Notes: a model not told the origin generated them from the letters alone. A stretch of 64,000 bases of DNA from an uncultured delta proteobacterium (GCA_963773975.1 CAVZDJ010000036.1:3263-67262); one strand, 5' to 3'; counted from the stretch's first letter, positions 1-8,265 are shown. Translations and numbers: made by a program.

Positions 1-506
1 TACCTGAATGCCGCGGCCGGACCGGCCTGCCATGCGCCTCGTCCCGCCGATTCTGAAGTTGCTGTGGGAAAAACAAAATATGGTCCCATCGCCCATCTGA
101 AATCGATCCCTTCCGTCATCGATCGCGGCATCACAAATAGATCTACGAGTTGCAAGTCGCCGAATTCGGTGCGAGTTGAAGCGCCCTTGTTTCGAGCTAT
201 TGTCACCAGAGAAAACGTGGGTCTCGCGATCTGCGCAAGAGGCAGAAGTCCGTGTGGGAGAATCGCTAGGATGAACCTGCCCTGCAGCGTGTTGGGCTGA
301 GCGTTCGTGCCGTACTGAGATGGAGTAAAAAACTCCTGAATCTGCGCCTGAGTCAGAGTGGCAGTGGGGTCGTTAACCTCCTCGCTTAGGCTCTCAGCCA
401 AGGTCGTGCTCGGTGTTGTAGTCTGCTGCGCCAAGCACTCAGCACCAAAGCTCCAAACCAGCAGAGCAAGAGTCAGCACAAGAGATCGCGTACTCACCCT
501 GATCAA
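1..506 (-). CDS. Secreted outer-membrane-type protein whose 3' end lies beyond the window; weak resemblance to the MetA-pathway/transporter beta-barrel family
   Basis: Manual minus-strand translation is uninterrupted from TTG 506 (GTG 497 is an alternative start) to the window edge. It is absent from the ORF track because no stop falls in the window. The N-terminus MIRVSTRSLVLTLALLVWSFGAECLAQQ looks like a signal peptide, and a GGAG-rich stretch lies upstream. The family call rests only on overall character (…EFGDLQLVDLF…, …WAMGPYFVFP…). Confidence 0.5.
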   Translation of the reverse strand, partial: MIRVSTRSLVLTLALLVWSFGAECLAQQTTTPSTTLAESLSEEVNDPTATLTQAQIQEFFTPSQYGTNAQPNTLQGRFILAILPHGLLPLAQIARPTFSLVTIARNKGASTRTEFGDLQLVDLFVMPRSMTEGIDFRWAMGPYFVFPTATSESAGRGAWQAGPAAAFR

Positions 507-820
507 CCTTCGCTCTCCACCAACAGAGCCAAAGCCTCAGGACGCGTAATCACGACCCGATCGCAGACTTTGACATTACTGAGGTGCTCGGGATTGGAAA
601 CCATTATCCGGCCACGCATCTGGATGTTAGCGTTTGGCGCGAGGAATGAATTGCGTCGACGTTGAACCGTCGAAAGGCACAAGCAGGTCACCGATGAGAA
701 TCCTAGTGGCGATCGCCGTATGCATGGCACTAAGCTCACCTATGCAAGGCTTGCGATTGCGGGTGATCAACCGCAACCGGGGTCAGCCGCAGATTCCCGG
801 GTTTCGTCTGCCACAGGAGA

Positions 821-1147
821 CTACTTCACTTCGTCAGCGTGCTGACGGGCTCTTGCAGCTATCGCGCCGCCAATTGCACCGATCGCGGCACCACCTGCAC
901 CGCCGCGCAGCAACCCGCCTTTTGGCGCTTCGCCTGTTGGAGGTGGACTCGCAGTGAGGCGCGCCGCCGGATCGAACATTCGGGTTTTCGGTCTTGGTGG
1001 GAAGGTGGAAGCCATATCGCCGTCGTGATAATGACTGAGCAGCTGGTGGCGCGTTCGGTTGCTATCGTCGCTACAATATATTGACTCAGCGGGCTGAACG
1101 GGCGATCGAACAATCTTCTGATGGTCCGCATAAGCGCTTTTCGTCAC
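821..1147 (-). CDS. Hypothetical protein with a glycine-zipper segment
   Basis: Track ORF. The C-terminal GGLLRGGAGGAAIGAIGGAIAA is a glycine-zipper-like motif similar to that of the divergent neighbour at 1165-1671. The rest of the protein is unrecognised. Confidence 0.4.
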   Translation of the reverse strand: MTKSAYADHQKIVRSPVQPAESIYCSDDSNRTRHQLLSHYHDGDMASTFPPRPKTRMFDPAARLTASPPPTGEAPKGGLLRGGAGGAAIGAIGGAIAARARQHADEVK

Positions 1148-1164
1148 GCTTGGAGAAAAAAGAA

Positions 1165-1671
1165 ATGAAAATCTCGCCGAAGCTCAGTTTTCCCGTGCGT
1201 TTATCCTTCAGCCTCTCAGTTTTCCTAGTCTTCTGCGCTCCAATAGCAAACGCGCAAACTGACATGTTTATCTACCCGGGGAAGGGACAGGACCAAGCAC
1301 AACAGGATAAAGATCGCTATGAATGCCATTCCTGGGCGGTCCAACAAACGGGATTCGACCCGAGTAAGCCGCAGAGCGCAAACCCCCAACCCTCTCAGCA
1401 ACGTCAGACTTCTTCCGCTCCAATCCTACAAGGAGCAGGTCGAGGAGCCGCACTCGGAGCAGTTGGCGGAGCGATTACGGGTAACGCCGGCAAGGGCGCT
1501 GCTGCCGGAGCAGCAATGGGAGGCATGGTAGGCGGTTTTCGCCGTCGCGACGAGAGAATCCGGCAAGCAGACGTTAGAGCTGATGCGGAGTCGGCGTCTA
1601 ATCCCGGAAGACCGGCATACATGCGCGCGATGTCGGCGTGTCTGCAGGGACGCGGCTATACTGTCAATTGA
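1165..1671 (+). CDS. Secreted glycine-zipper family protein
   Basis: The internal ATG at 1165 gives MKISPKLSFPVRLSFSLSVFLVFCAPIANAQ, a signal peptide. A Gly/Ala zipper follows: GAGRGAALGAVGGAITGNAGKGAAAGAAMGGMVGG. The longer track start at 1081 is probably upstream read-through. Confidence 0.65.
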   Translation: MKISPKLSFPVRLSFSLSVFLVFCAPIANAQTDMFIYPGKGQDQAQQDKDRYECHSWAVQQTGFDPSKPQSANPQPSQQRQTSSAPILQGAGRGAALGAVGGAITGNAGKGAAAGAAMGGMVGGFRRRDERIRQADVRADAESASNPGRPAYMRAMSACLQGRGYTVN

Positions 1672-2860
1672 GGTTGCTGAAAGGTCTAGTAAGGGCATCT
1701 GTCGTCCGCAAAAACTCAACGACCCTCATGCAGCGCGAGCCAGGAGGCTGTACTCGTGGTGAAGTCCATTCAGGACCGGGTGCGCCACAACTCGGCTTGA
1801 TCGGTCGAAACGATGTCTCCGGCGTTGCAAAATGCACGCGGAAATTTAGCGGCGGATCGGGCAGGCCCGGCCCCAAAGAAGAGTGTGGTCGGCCGCGATT
1901 GTAATGCCGGAGCCAAGAGCGCAGGGTTTTTCGCAGATGCTCCTCGGTCAAGGGGATCATCCAATCCAGACACTCACGCCGGAGCGTCCCGATTAGCCTT
2001 TCGCAGAGCGAATTCGCCTTGGGGGTGCGCACGGGTGTTTCGATGACTTCGAGGCCCAGGTGCGCTAGCGAAGCATCGAGTCCGGTGGAGAAGATCGCAT
2101 CGCGGTCGTGGACGATAAAACGGTACGTGTGGTCTGAAGGGATGGCTTCACGGAGCTGTTGGAGGGTCCAGGCCGCGGTCGGATGGGCAGTCACGTTGAT
2201 GTGAACAATTCGGCGTGAAGCATGTTCCATCACCACGAGCACGTAAAGAATCCGAAAAGTGGCGGTCGCTACGACGCAGAAGTCACAGGCGATGATGGCG
2301 TCGGCGTGATTCTTGAGAAAGGTTGACCAACGCTGATCGCGGCGAGGGTTGCCGGCTGGTGCGGCCGGCAACTTTGGCAGATACTTCCGGATCGTGCGCG
2401 GCGACACGCGCAGGCCGAGTTTCAGCAACAACTCGTTTGCAATTCGCTCCTCGCCCCACGAGGGGTTCTCACGAGCCATCCTGCGGATCAGATGTTGGAG
2501 CTCCGGCGGAATCCGCGGCCGGCCAGATTGGCATTTCCGACGCCAGAAAAGCTGGAAGCCTTTGCGGTGCCAACCGATGAAGGTCTTGGGCGTCACGACC
2601 GTCAATGCGCTTCGCCAATTGAACCAACGGCTGAGCCATACGAGGGTCAAGCGGGTTGGATGGGAAGTTCGTCGGGGCTTGACTCTGCGTTCCTGGTAGA
2701 ACGCGAGCTGTTTGCGTAGGAAGAGATTCTCGGCCGCGAGCGAGCTTTTGGATCGTAAAGTGAGAATCAAAAAGCGGAGCAAATCGGCAAAGAGGTTCAG
2801 CCAAAGCAGGCAGGATCTCATCATGGACGGATGTCTTTGTTTTCGATCTCCTCCCTTCAA
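1664..2860 (-). CDS. DDE transposase with an integrase core (rve) domain and an N-terminal HTH
   Basis: 398-aa ORF. Diagnostic stretches are …WGEERIANELLLKLGLRVSPRTIRKYL… (HTH) and …CDFCVV…HDRDAIF…TPKANSLCERLIGTLRRECLD…HYNRGRPHSSL (rve). The ORF runs about 35 nt past the left inverted repeat. Confidence 0.85.
   Translation of the reverse strand: MKGGDRKQRHPSMMRSCLLWLNLFADLLRFLILTLRSKSSLAAENLFLRKQLAFYQERRVKPRRTSHPTRLTLVWLSRWFNWRSALTVVTPKTFIGWHRKGFQLFWRRKCQSGRPRIPPELQHLIRRMARENPSWGEERIANELLLKLGLRVSPRTIRKYLPKLPAAPAGNPRRDQRWSTFLKNHADAIIACDFCVVATATFRILYVLVVMEHASRRIVHINVTAHPTAAWTLQQLREAIPSDHTYRFIVHDRDAIFSTGLDASLAHLGLEVIETPVRTPKANSLCERLIGTLRRECLDWMIPLTEEHLRKTLRSWLRHYNRGRPHSSLGPGLPDPPLNFRVHFATPETSFRPIKPSCGAPGPEWTSPRVQPPGSRCMRVVEFLRTTDALTRPFSNLN
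1699..1716. repeat. Left terminal inverted repeat of the IS481-like element
   Basis: Pairs with 2898-2915 at 16 of 18 positions. Confidence 0.65.
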
Positions 2861-2897
2861 ATGGGTGGCAATTTAGCGCACTCCCAGCCAAGCCGGT

Positions 2898-2915
2898 AAT
2901 TTTTGCGGAGGACAG
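2898..2915. repeat. Right terminal inverted repeat of the IS481-like element
   Basis: AATTTTTGCGGAGGACAG is the reverse complement of the left repeat with two mismatches. Confidence 0.65.
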
Positions 2916-3290
2916 TCGGTCCACTGGTGGCGACGGCTGTGGTCGCGGCGATCGGTAATGCGCGGCAATTCACCAACGGCCGCGAGCTCAGCGCCTGGCT
3001 GGGGCTGGTGCCGCGCGAGCACTCCAGCGGCAAGCGCACGGTGTTACTCGGCATCAGCAAGCGCGGCAATCGTTACCTGCGCACGCTGCTCATCCACGGC
3101 GCACGCGCTGCCACTCGCGTGGTCGAGCGCAAACGCGACGCGCGTAGCATCTGGCTGAGTCGGCTTAAGCTGAGAGGCGGAACCAACCTGGCGACGGTGC
3201 CCTCGCCAACAAGAACGCACGAGTGATGTGGGCACTGCTGGCGCGCGGCGACTCCTATCGTGTGCGAACAGACACAGCGGCCGCGGCCTG
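2916..3290 (+). pseudogene. IS110-family transposase, C-terminal fragment, 5'-truncated by the IS481-like element and frameshifted
   Basis: GPLVATAVVAAIGNARQFTNGRELSAWLGLVPREHSSGKRTVLLGISKRGNRYLRTLLIHGARA is the classic Transposase_20 region and begins directly at the IS boundary. The expected tail, ALANKNARVMWALLARGDSYR, continues in another frame after about 3195. Confidence 0.75.
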
Positions 3291-3809
3291 ACGGGAGAAA
3301 ATCAAAAACTGGAGTACTTGCCAAAGGTTGCGAAGGTGGTCTTGCAATGTTGATGGCGAACCGGTCAGGACCGAAGTCTTCCGAACCTGTGAATTTCCAA
3401 GGCCCTTTGAGGCCGGCAAAACGGTAAGGCCATGAAGACGCGCGGAAATCCATCAGGGCCCGGGGCAAGCACAATGCCCCATTTACAGAGGCCGGATATA
3501 CGGATGCAACCGGAATCACGTCATCACGCTCAACATCCCTTTGCATAGGGGCTGGGTCCATATACGGAAATTCCAGGCTAGTTCCCAACCCCCTCAAGTG
3601 CTAGCCAATCGTCTGACTTTTCGTAAACCAAAGTCACCGCGCAATTCGGGCAATCTGGTACTGTCGCCTTGAGCGCACCGCCCAAAATTCGCCAACATGA
3701 AAGTACTGGTCGTAGGGATGACTGGTGGTACTGCTCGTGTTGACGGAAGAACTTATGACGAAAGCGATGCATTATCGTGGCCTTGAAAAACCGCTGAAAG
3801 CTGATAAGT

Positions 3810-4880
3810 GTGCGATGCGGGTTATTCATAACGGGAGAACGAGATTCCCATATGTGCCTAGATCTGCCGGTCGCTATAAGTAGCGACGAAGAGATGATGA
3901 GGAAACGCCACACCAGATTCACTAGACCCAGCTATGTTGATCCGTTGGGTCCAGCATTCGATTTAGAATGCAGTCTCATCCACTCGAGATTTGTTACCTT
4001 CACGGGGCGGCTTCCTCCACTGCTAGCGATTCGGGCCCTGGACATGCGGACATACCTTGGGAAGAGTGCACGACCAAGGCGCGTGAAACCCATACCGGAC
4101 TGTATACGCGCAATCACAGTGCTTCCGTATGTGCTGCGCAGCCACTTTCCGGTGGAATTGGATCGCATTCGGACGCTGGCCTATGCTCTGACGCTTGGGG
4201 GCCTGTACGCAATGGCGGAGGACAAATTAATCGATTCGCAAGTGGATCCGGAGCTGGGCCTGGCCCTTCTCGTGCCGACTTTGCATTGCGAATTTGTAAG
4301 AACGCTTCATCAGATTTTTCCGCCGACTTCCGATTTCTGGCCGTACCACGACAGGTTCTTCCGCGAGTACCAAATGGCGGAACTTACGCATCGAAAGGGA
4401 GTCGGCCGCCGACCGATCCAACCGCGCAAATACTACAGCATCATCAAAGCCAAATCGGCCCCCATTAAACTGGCTGTCTGCGGCATGGCGATCCTTGCCA
4501 GCCGCCGGGAGCGGCTTGCTCCCCTATTAAAAAGTTTCGATGCCTGGATCATCGGATACCAGCTCTATGATGACGTTGTTGATTGGCAGGAGGATTATTT
4601 CGCTCGCAGGCACTCGCTGATCGGGGCGAGGATCAGGCAGTTGGTTCGCGGGAACAACAAGCGATATCGATTACCGGAACTTACAAAGATCGTCCATTCT
4701 TCGGATGTAATCGAGTCGGCGTTGGAGGAAAGCACACGGTGGTTTATGCGGGCTGAGAAATCGGCCGAGGGAAACCGATGCGATGACTGGATCAGGTTCT
4801 TGCGAGATTTCGCCTCGATAACAACCGCTGCGGTTCAGGACTTGGTGACTCTCAAAGTAAGAATCTTGTTCGGGCACTGA
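3810..4880 (+). CDS. Isoprenoid (polyprenyl) synthase-fold protein, ComQ-like; start codon uncertain
   Basis: Three motifs align with trans-prenyl synthases. They are LYAMAEDKLIDSQVD (degenerate first Asp-rich motif, nt about 4218-4247), YYSIIKAKSAPIKLAVCGMAIL (compare the KTA region) and GYQLYDDVVDWQED (FQxxDDxxD-type second motif, nt 4569-4583). The gene lies 23 nt upstream of the putative precursor gene. Alternative starts are at 3852 and 3894. Confidence 0.6.
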   Translation: MRCGLFITGERDSHMCLDLPVAISSDEEMMRKRHTRFTRPSYVDPLGPAFDLECSLIHSRFVTFTGRLPPLLAIRALDMRTYLGKSARPRRVKPIPDCIRAITVLPYVLRSHFPVELDRIRTLAYALTLGGLYAMAEDKLIDSQVDPELGLALLVPTLHCEFVRTLHQIFPPTSDFWPYHDRFFREYQMAELTHRKGVGRRPIQPRKYYSIIKAKSAPIKLAVCGMAILASRRERLAPLLKSFDAWIIGYQLYDDVVDWQEDYFARRHSLIGARIRQLVRGNNKRYRLPELTKIVHSSDVIESALEESTRWFMRAEKSAEGNRCDDWIRFLRDFASITTAAVQDLVTLKVRILFGH

Positions 4881-4903
4881 GGAAAGGCGAGAGGAGGATT
4901 ATT

Positions 4904-5284
4904 ATGGCTACGAAGAAATCTTCCCAGGCGCGGAAGAAAAAGGCAGGCAAGAAGAAGCCTGTGGCGACCGTCGGGAATCTGGTAAATGACGCTATAAGGG
5001 ATCCAGATATCCGATCGGCGCTCTATAAAAATCCGCGAGTCGTTGCGAAACAGTACGGCTTGACGAGTGCGGAAGGGAAAGCAATGGAGGTCCTTAAGCG
5101 ATCCCTTCTATCCAGCCTGGATCGCAATCAGGTTAAGCAGCTGGAAGCGATCATTCGGTTGCCTGTCGCAGGATGGGGCGGTTGCAACCCATCGCAAGCC
5201 CCACCGTGTGGCCCGTCGACGACTTGCAACCCCACATGCTTACCGGCTTGTCTTCCCAATCCGTGCGCCCCGAGGACCCTCTAA
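4904..5284 (+). CDS. Putative RiPP precursor peptide: long leader, GG motif, and a 33-aa core with six Cys
   Basis: 126 aa with a GGAGG-containing stretch (gagaggagga) upstream. The leader contains …AIRDPDIRSALYKNPRVVAKQYGLT…, which is NHLP/Nif11-like in flavour. …PVAGWGG is followed by CNPSQAPPCGPSTTCNPTCLPACLPNPCAPRTL (nt 5183-5281). Confidence 0.6.
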   Translation: MATKKSSQARKKKAGKKKPVATVGNLVNDAIRDPDIRSALYKNPRVVAKQYGLTSAEGKAMEVLKRSLLSSLDRNQVKQLEAIIRLPVAGWGGCNPSQAPPCGPSTTCNPTCLPACLPNPCAPRTL

Positions 5285-5307
5285 TTTGGCTCGGCGGAGG
5301 TGTCGAT

Positions 5308-6234
5308 TTGAGTAAGTCAAAGGTAGTAGCAGGAACACGCTGTCGTTCTAACGCTGTCCAGAGCGATCCATCGTTCAAGGGCCTTAGTTTCCTTTGGCTG
5401 GAAATCACCCCTGGATGCAACCTGCATTGCCGGCATTGCTATACTGAGTCATCGCCTGCTCTTAGGAATCCGAGGATTGTCGATTGGGAGAAGGTACTGA
5501 CGGACGCATACCGCGCTGGTTGCAGACAGGTGCAATTCATCGGAGGAGAGCCGACGTACAACACTCCACTCCTTCAGTACATATCGACGGCCCGGAAACT
5601 TGGCTATACGTTCGTAGAAGTATACACAAACCTCACTCTTATCTCGGAGACCCTAGCTGATCAGTTGCGTAAGTATAGGGTGCAGCTTGCCACTTCATTC
5701 TATAGCCCCCGCAGGGAAGCCCATGAAGCGGTGACAGGAGTCAGGGGAAGCTTCGACAAGACGGTGAGCGGAATCCGGTGCGTGCTGCGAAAGAAGATTC
5801 CTTTGCGGGTTGGCGTCATTTCCCTGGAAACGAATAAGAATGAAGCCAGAGACTGCATCGAGTTCCTCGTTCGAATAGGCGTTGACAGAAATAACATCAG
5901 AATCGACCATACAAGGCCGGTGGGCAGAGGTGAAAATCTCGTAAAGCTCCAGAGCCTGGAAGAAACGTTATGTGGTCACTGTTGGGAGGGAAAATTGGCG
6001 GTCTCCTGGGATGGTACTTGTTATCCATGCGTTTTCTCAAGGGAGGTTACGGTTGGCACAGTTACTGCCAGCAACCTGGGCGAAGTTCTTCGCTCGGAGC
6101 GGCTGGAGCAATTTAGAAAACGCATATTCAATTACTCATCTCGTTTTGCCGTGAGAACGGGTGGGCAGGATCTGTTGGGCAGCCTTTTGGCGCTTTTTTC
6201 CGGCAACTCTGGCCACGAGAGCGGGCCGTCCTAA
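5308..6234 (+). CDS. Radical SAM enzyme with a C-terminal SPASM-type Cys cluster; peptide-modifying maturase candidate
   Basis: GCNLHCRHCY provides the CxxxCxxC motif, followed by GGEPT. The C-terminal CGHCWEGKLAVSWDGTCYPCVFS matches SPASM spacing. I prefer the TTG at 5308, which has GGAGG 7 nt upstream, over the track start at 5173, which overlaps the precursor. Confidence 0.85.
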   Translation: MSKSKVVAGTRCRSNAVQSDPSFKGLSFLWLEITPGCNLHCRHCYTESSPALRNPRIVDWEKVLTDAYRAGCRQVQFIGGEPTYNTPLLQYISTARKLGYTFVEVYTNLTLISETLADQLRKYRVQLATSFYSPRREAHEAVTGVRGSFDKTVSGIRCVLRKKIPLRVGVISLETNKNEARDCIEFLVRIGVDRNNIRIDHTRPVGRGENLVKLQSLEETLCGHCWEGKLAVSWDGTCYPCVFSREVTVGTVTASNLGEVLRSERLEQFRKRIFNYSSRFAVRTGGQDLLGSLLALFSGNSGHESGPS

Positions 6235-6981
6235 CCAGCCATTCAGCGGTACCTTCCGCTAGCGGAGAGTACGGGAGTCAGACCCGCTAGCCTCTTGCGA
6301 GAACTTGGGTTTAAGCAAGACGACTAGCAGACATGCTACCTTACCCTCCGGCCCACAAAGCTGCACCCTGAGGCAATCGATTCGGTACATTACTGAAAAC
6401 GTACACCGCGCTCCGAGTGAGCAATCGGGTAAGCGAGACCGGCGCGCCCGATCACAATCAACTTGGTAAACCTTCTTTTCAAAGATCAGGTTGTTCGTCG
6501 AATCTGTCACGGTTGTCCAACACCAAGGATGGAGTCGCGACCCGGATTCAACAGCCAAATACGCCCTCGTTGCGACATTTGAAATTCTCGGGCAGGAGAT
6601 ACCGATTTACGAATCGCTCCGCACCGCAGTTATCGAGTTGCAGCAGATTGAGGCAGGAGTAGAGGTCGAGGCGCAGGTGTGAGTTCGGCAATTGGCCCTA
6701 GCCATCCGCCACGCAGCCGCATCGACAGGCGGTCTGCGGTCCGAAAACGTTGACTTTCCCAGCCGTCCCCAATCGCGGCCCCGCGAGCGTCGTGGTGACC
6801 ATCGACCAGCCGCAGGTCGAGCATAGGGTCCGAATCAAAGACTTTGAAAACTGGCTCGACTCGGCAGGGAAGAGTCCCGCCGAGGTGGCGTTGAAAAGCC
6901 GTCTCCTGGATATTCTCGAACGCTAGACATCAGCGCGCCTTAGGGTTCCCTATGGAATGGTAAAATCGTCTTCTTGTCTTC

Positions 6982-8265
6982 TTAGAAGAAGACAAAGGCT
7001 CGGACCACGACGTTCTTGCGGCAGGGAGCGTCGTCGGGCGCGGTTGGGTCGATGCAGGCAGTGTGGAAAGACCAGCGCGAGACGGAACCGTCGGTGACAG
7101 AGTCGTAGCACTTGAGCATCGAGACCTCGGTCGGCTTCTGCTGGGGAAACCAGTACCACTCGTGGTCGGGGCGGTAGGTGAAGCGGGTGGTCTCGCCGAC
7201 GCGGTCGTCGTAGACGCGGTAGTTGGTGATGTACGGCTGGTCGGCGAAAGAGGGCCAGGCGCAGAGCACGAAGGGGTTCTGGCGCACCGTCTCCATCGGC
7301 TTGGCGAGGTTGATCGACACGAACCGCCGCGACATCTTCGCGTCGGCCTGCTCCTCCGTATAGTGCTGCTCGCGCCCGAAGTTCCGCAGGTTCTTGGTGA
7401 GCAGCTCGCGGCAGCGCACGCGGCCGCTGTTGTCGTTCAGGTCGTTGTGCACGATGTAGGCGTAGTTGGCGTTCACGCCCGGATTCTTGTTGTCCTGATC
7501 CTCTGTGCGGTCGCCCTTGTAGTCCTTGTCAAACACGTCGTGGTTGTACACGAGCGCATCCGTCGCGTCCGGGAAAAACTCCAAGAGGAGCTTCTCCATC
7601 TCCGGGTAGAACACGCGCTCCACCTCCGCCGCGTCGTAAAAGTTCCCGCACTTGGACTCGCAGTGCGCCAGCGCAACGCCAAGCTTGTCCATGCACTCGG
7701 GGCTGCTGGGCGAGAGACCTGGGTAGTACTCCTCCATTCGTCGCGCGTCGCGCAACAGCTGCGGAAAATAGAGGCATCGGCGCCCGATGTCCTGCTCTTC
7801 CTTGCGCAACGCCTTTGCCTCGGCCTCGCGCGCAGGGTCCCGCCAGAGCGCGTTGGACGAGACGATGGAGTAGGACGGTTGCTCGTACACGGTGTAGCGC
7901 AGCGGAACCGCTACGCCGCCTTCAGGGGCTTCGATGTTGTTGGCCCGAATATATTCCAGGCACTCTGAGTAGCTACGAAACCCGACGCCCCACTTGGTCT
8001 CGGATCGGGCCGGGGGGAGCGTTGTCGAGCAGGTCGCTAACCGCCTGTCCTTGCCCCTCGGCAAGCTGGTGGAGCGCCGCCTCCGTCGCTGCAGCAGTTC
8101 CCGCATCCCCGTCTCGATCGAACGACATGTAGGATAAACCGCCGTTCGCAGCGATGGGTGGCGGCTGCCCTTCCGTGAGTTGGAGGGGAGGCACATAGAC
8201 TGACGAAACACTCTCCGTAACCCCCGCAACGTGATTCTCGATGGAATTGAGCCGGTCCACAGCAT
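6982..8265 (-). CDS. CmcJ/NvfI-family oxygenase-like protein; the N-terminal third is probably in another frame
   Basis: The C-terminal two thirds (…YPEMEKLLLEFFPDATDALVYNHDVF…YAYIVHNDLN…RFTYRPDHEWYWFPQQKPTEVSMLKCYDS…VVVRAFVFF) resemble the CmcJ/AsaB/NvfI family. Upstream of about 7990 the more protein-like reading is the overlapping ORF 7973-8260 (MDRLNSIENHVAGVTESVS…), which suggests a frameshift. Confidence 0.6.
   Translation of the reverse strand: MLWTGSIPSRITLRGLRRVFRQSMCLPSNSRKGSRHPSLRTAVYPTCRSIETGMRELLQRRRRRSTSLPRGKDRRLATCSTTLPPARSETKWGVGFRSYSECLEYIRANNIEAPEGGVAVPLRYTVYEQPSYSIVSSNALWRDPAREAEAKALRKEEQDIGRRCLYFPQLLRDARRMEEYYPGLSPSSPECMDKLGVALAHCESKCGNFYDAAEVERVFYPEMEKLLLEFFPDATDALVYNHDVFDKDYKGDRTEDQDNKNPGVNANYAYIVHNDLNDNSGRVRCRELLTKNLRNFGREQHYTEEQADAKMSRRFVSINLAKPMETVRQNPFVLCAWPSFADQPYITNYRVYDDRVGETTRFTYRPDHEWYWFPQQKPTEVSMLKCYDSVTDGSVSRWSFHTACIDPTAPDDAPCRKNVVVRAFVFF

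Larger units (their letters stand above)
1699..2915 (-). mobile_element. IS481-like insertion sequence: one rve/DDE transposase flanked by 18-bp imperfect terminal inverted repeats
   Basis: CTGTCGTCCGCAAAAACT at 1699-1716 matches the reverse complement of 2898-2915 (CTGTCCTCCGCAAAAATT) at 16 of 18 positions. A single transposase ORF lies between them and the element is about 1.2 kb. No target-site duplication is visible. Confidence 0.7.

Noticed and set aside
3073-3597. 174-aa minus-strand ORF overlapping the IS110 remnant and its 3' non-coding region.
   Set aside because: - It is antisense to the transposase fragment at its 3' end.
- Its composition is not protein-like.
- The region is better explained as IS non-coding DNA.
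6491-6926. Small ORFs between the rSAM gene and the CmcJ-like gene, considered as extra RiPP cluster components or a TA pair. They are 6491-6682 (...KYALVATFEILGQEIPIYESLRTAVIELQQIE...) and an unlisted frame at 6702-6926 (...HRVRIKDFENWLDSAGKSPAEVALKSRLLDILER).
   Set aside because: - Both look vaguely protein-like, but they lack convincing start codons or SD sequences and have no recognisable motifs.
- The support is too weak to annotate them.
7063-7968. Long antisense ORFs opposite confidently identified genes: 7063-7968 (+), 10831-12093 (-), 13310-14110 (+), 51932-53194 (-), 53994-55133 (-), 56010-56987 (-), 58740-60374 (+), 60700-62229 (-) and 62296-63525 (-).
   Set aside because: - They lie on the opposite strand of genes with clear family motifs.
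- Their products are Arg/Ala/Gly/His-rich and low in complexity, as expected for stop-poor frames in GC-rich DNA.
- None shows a recognisable motif.
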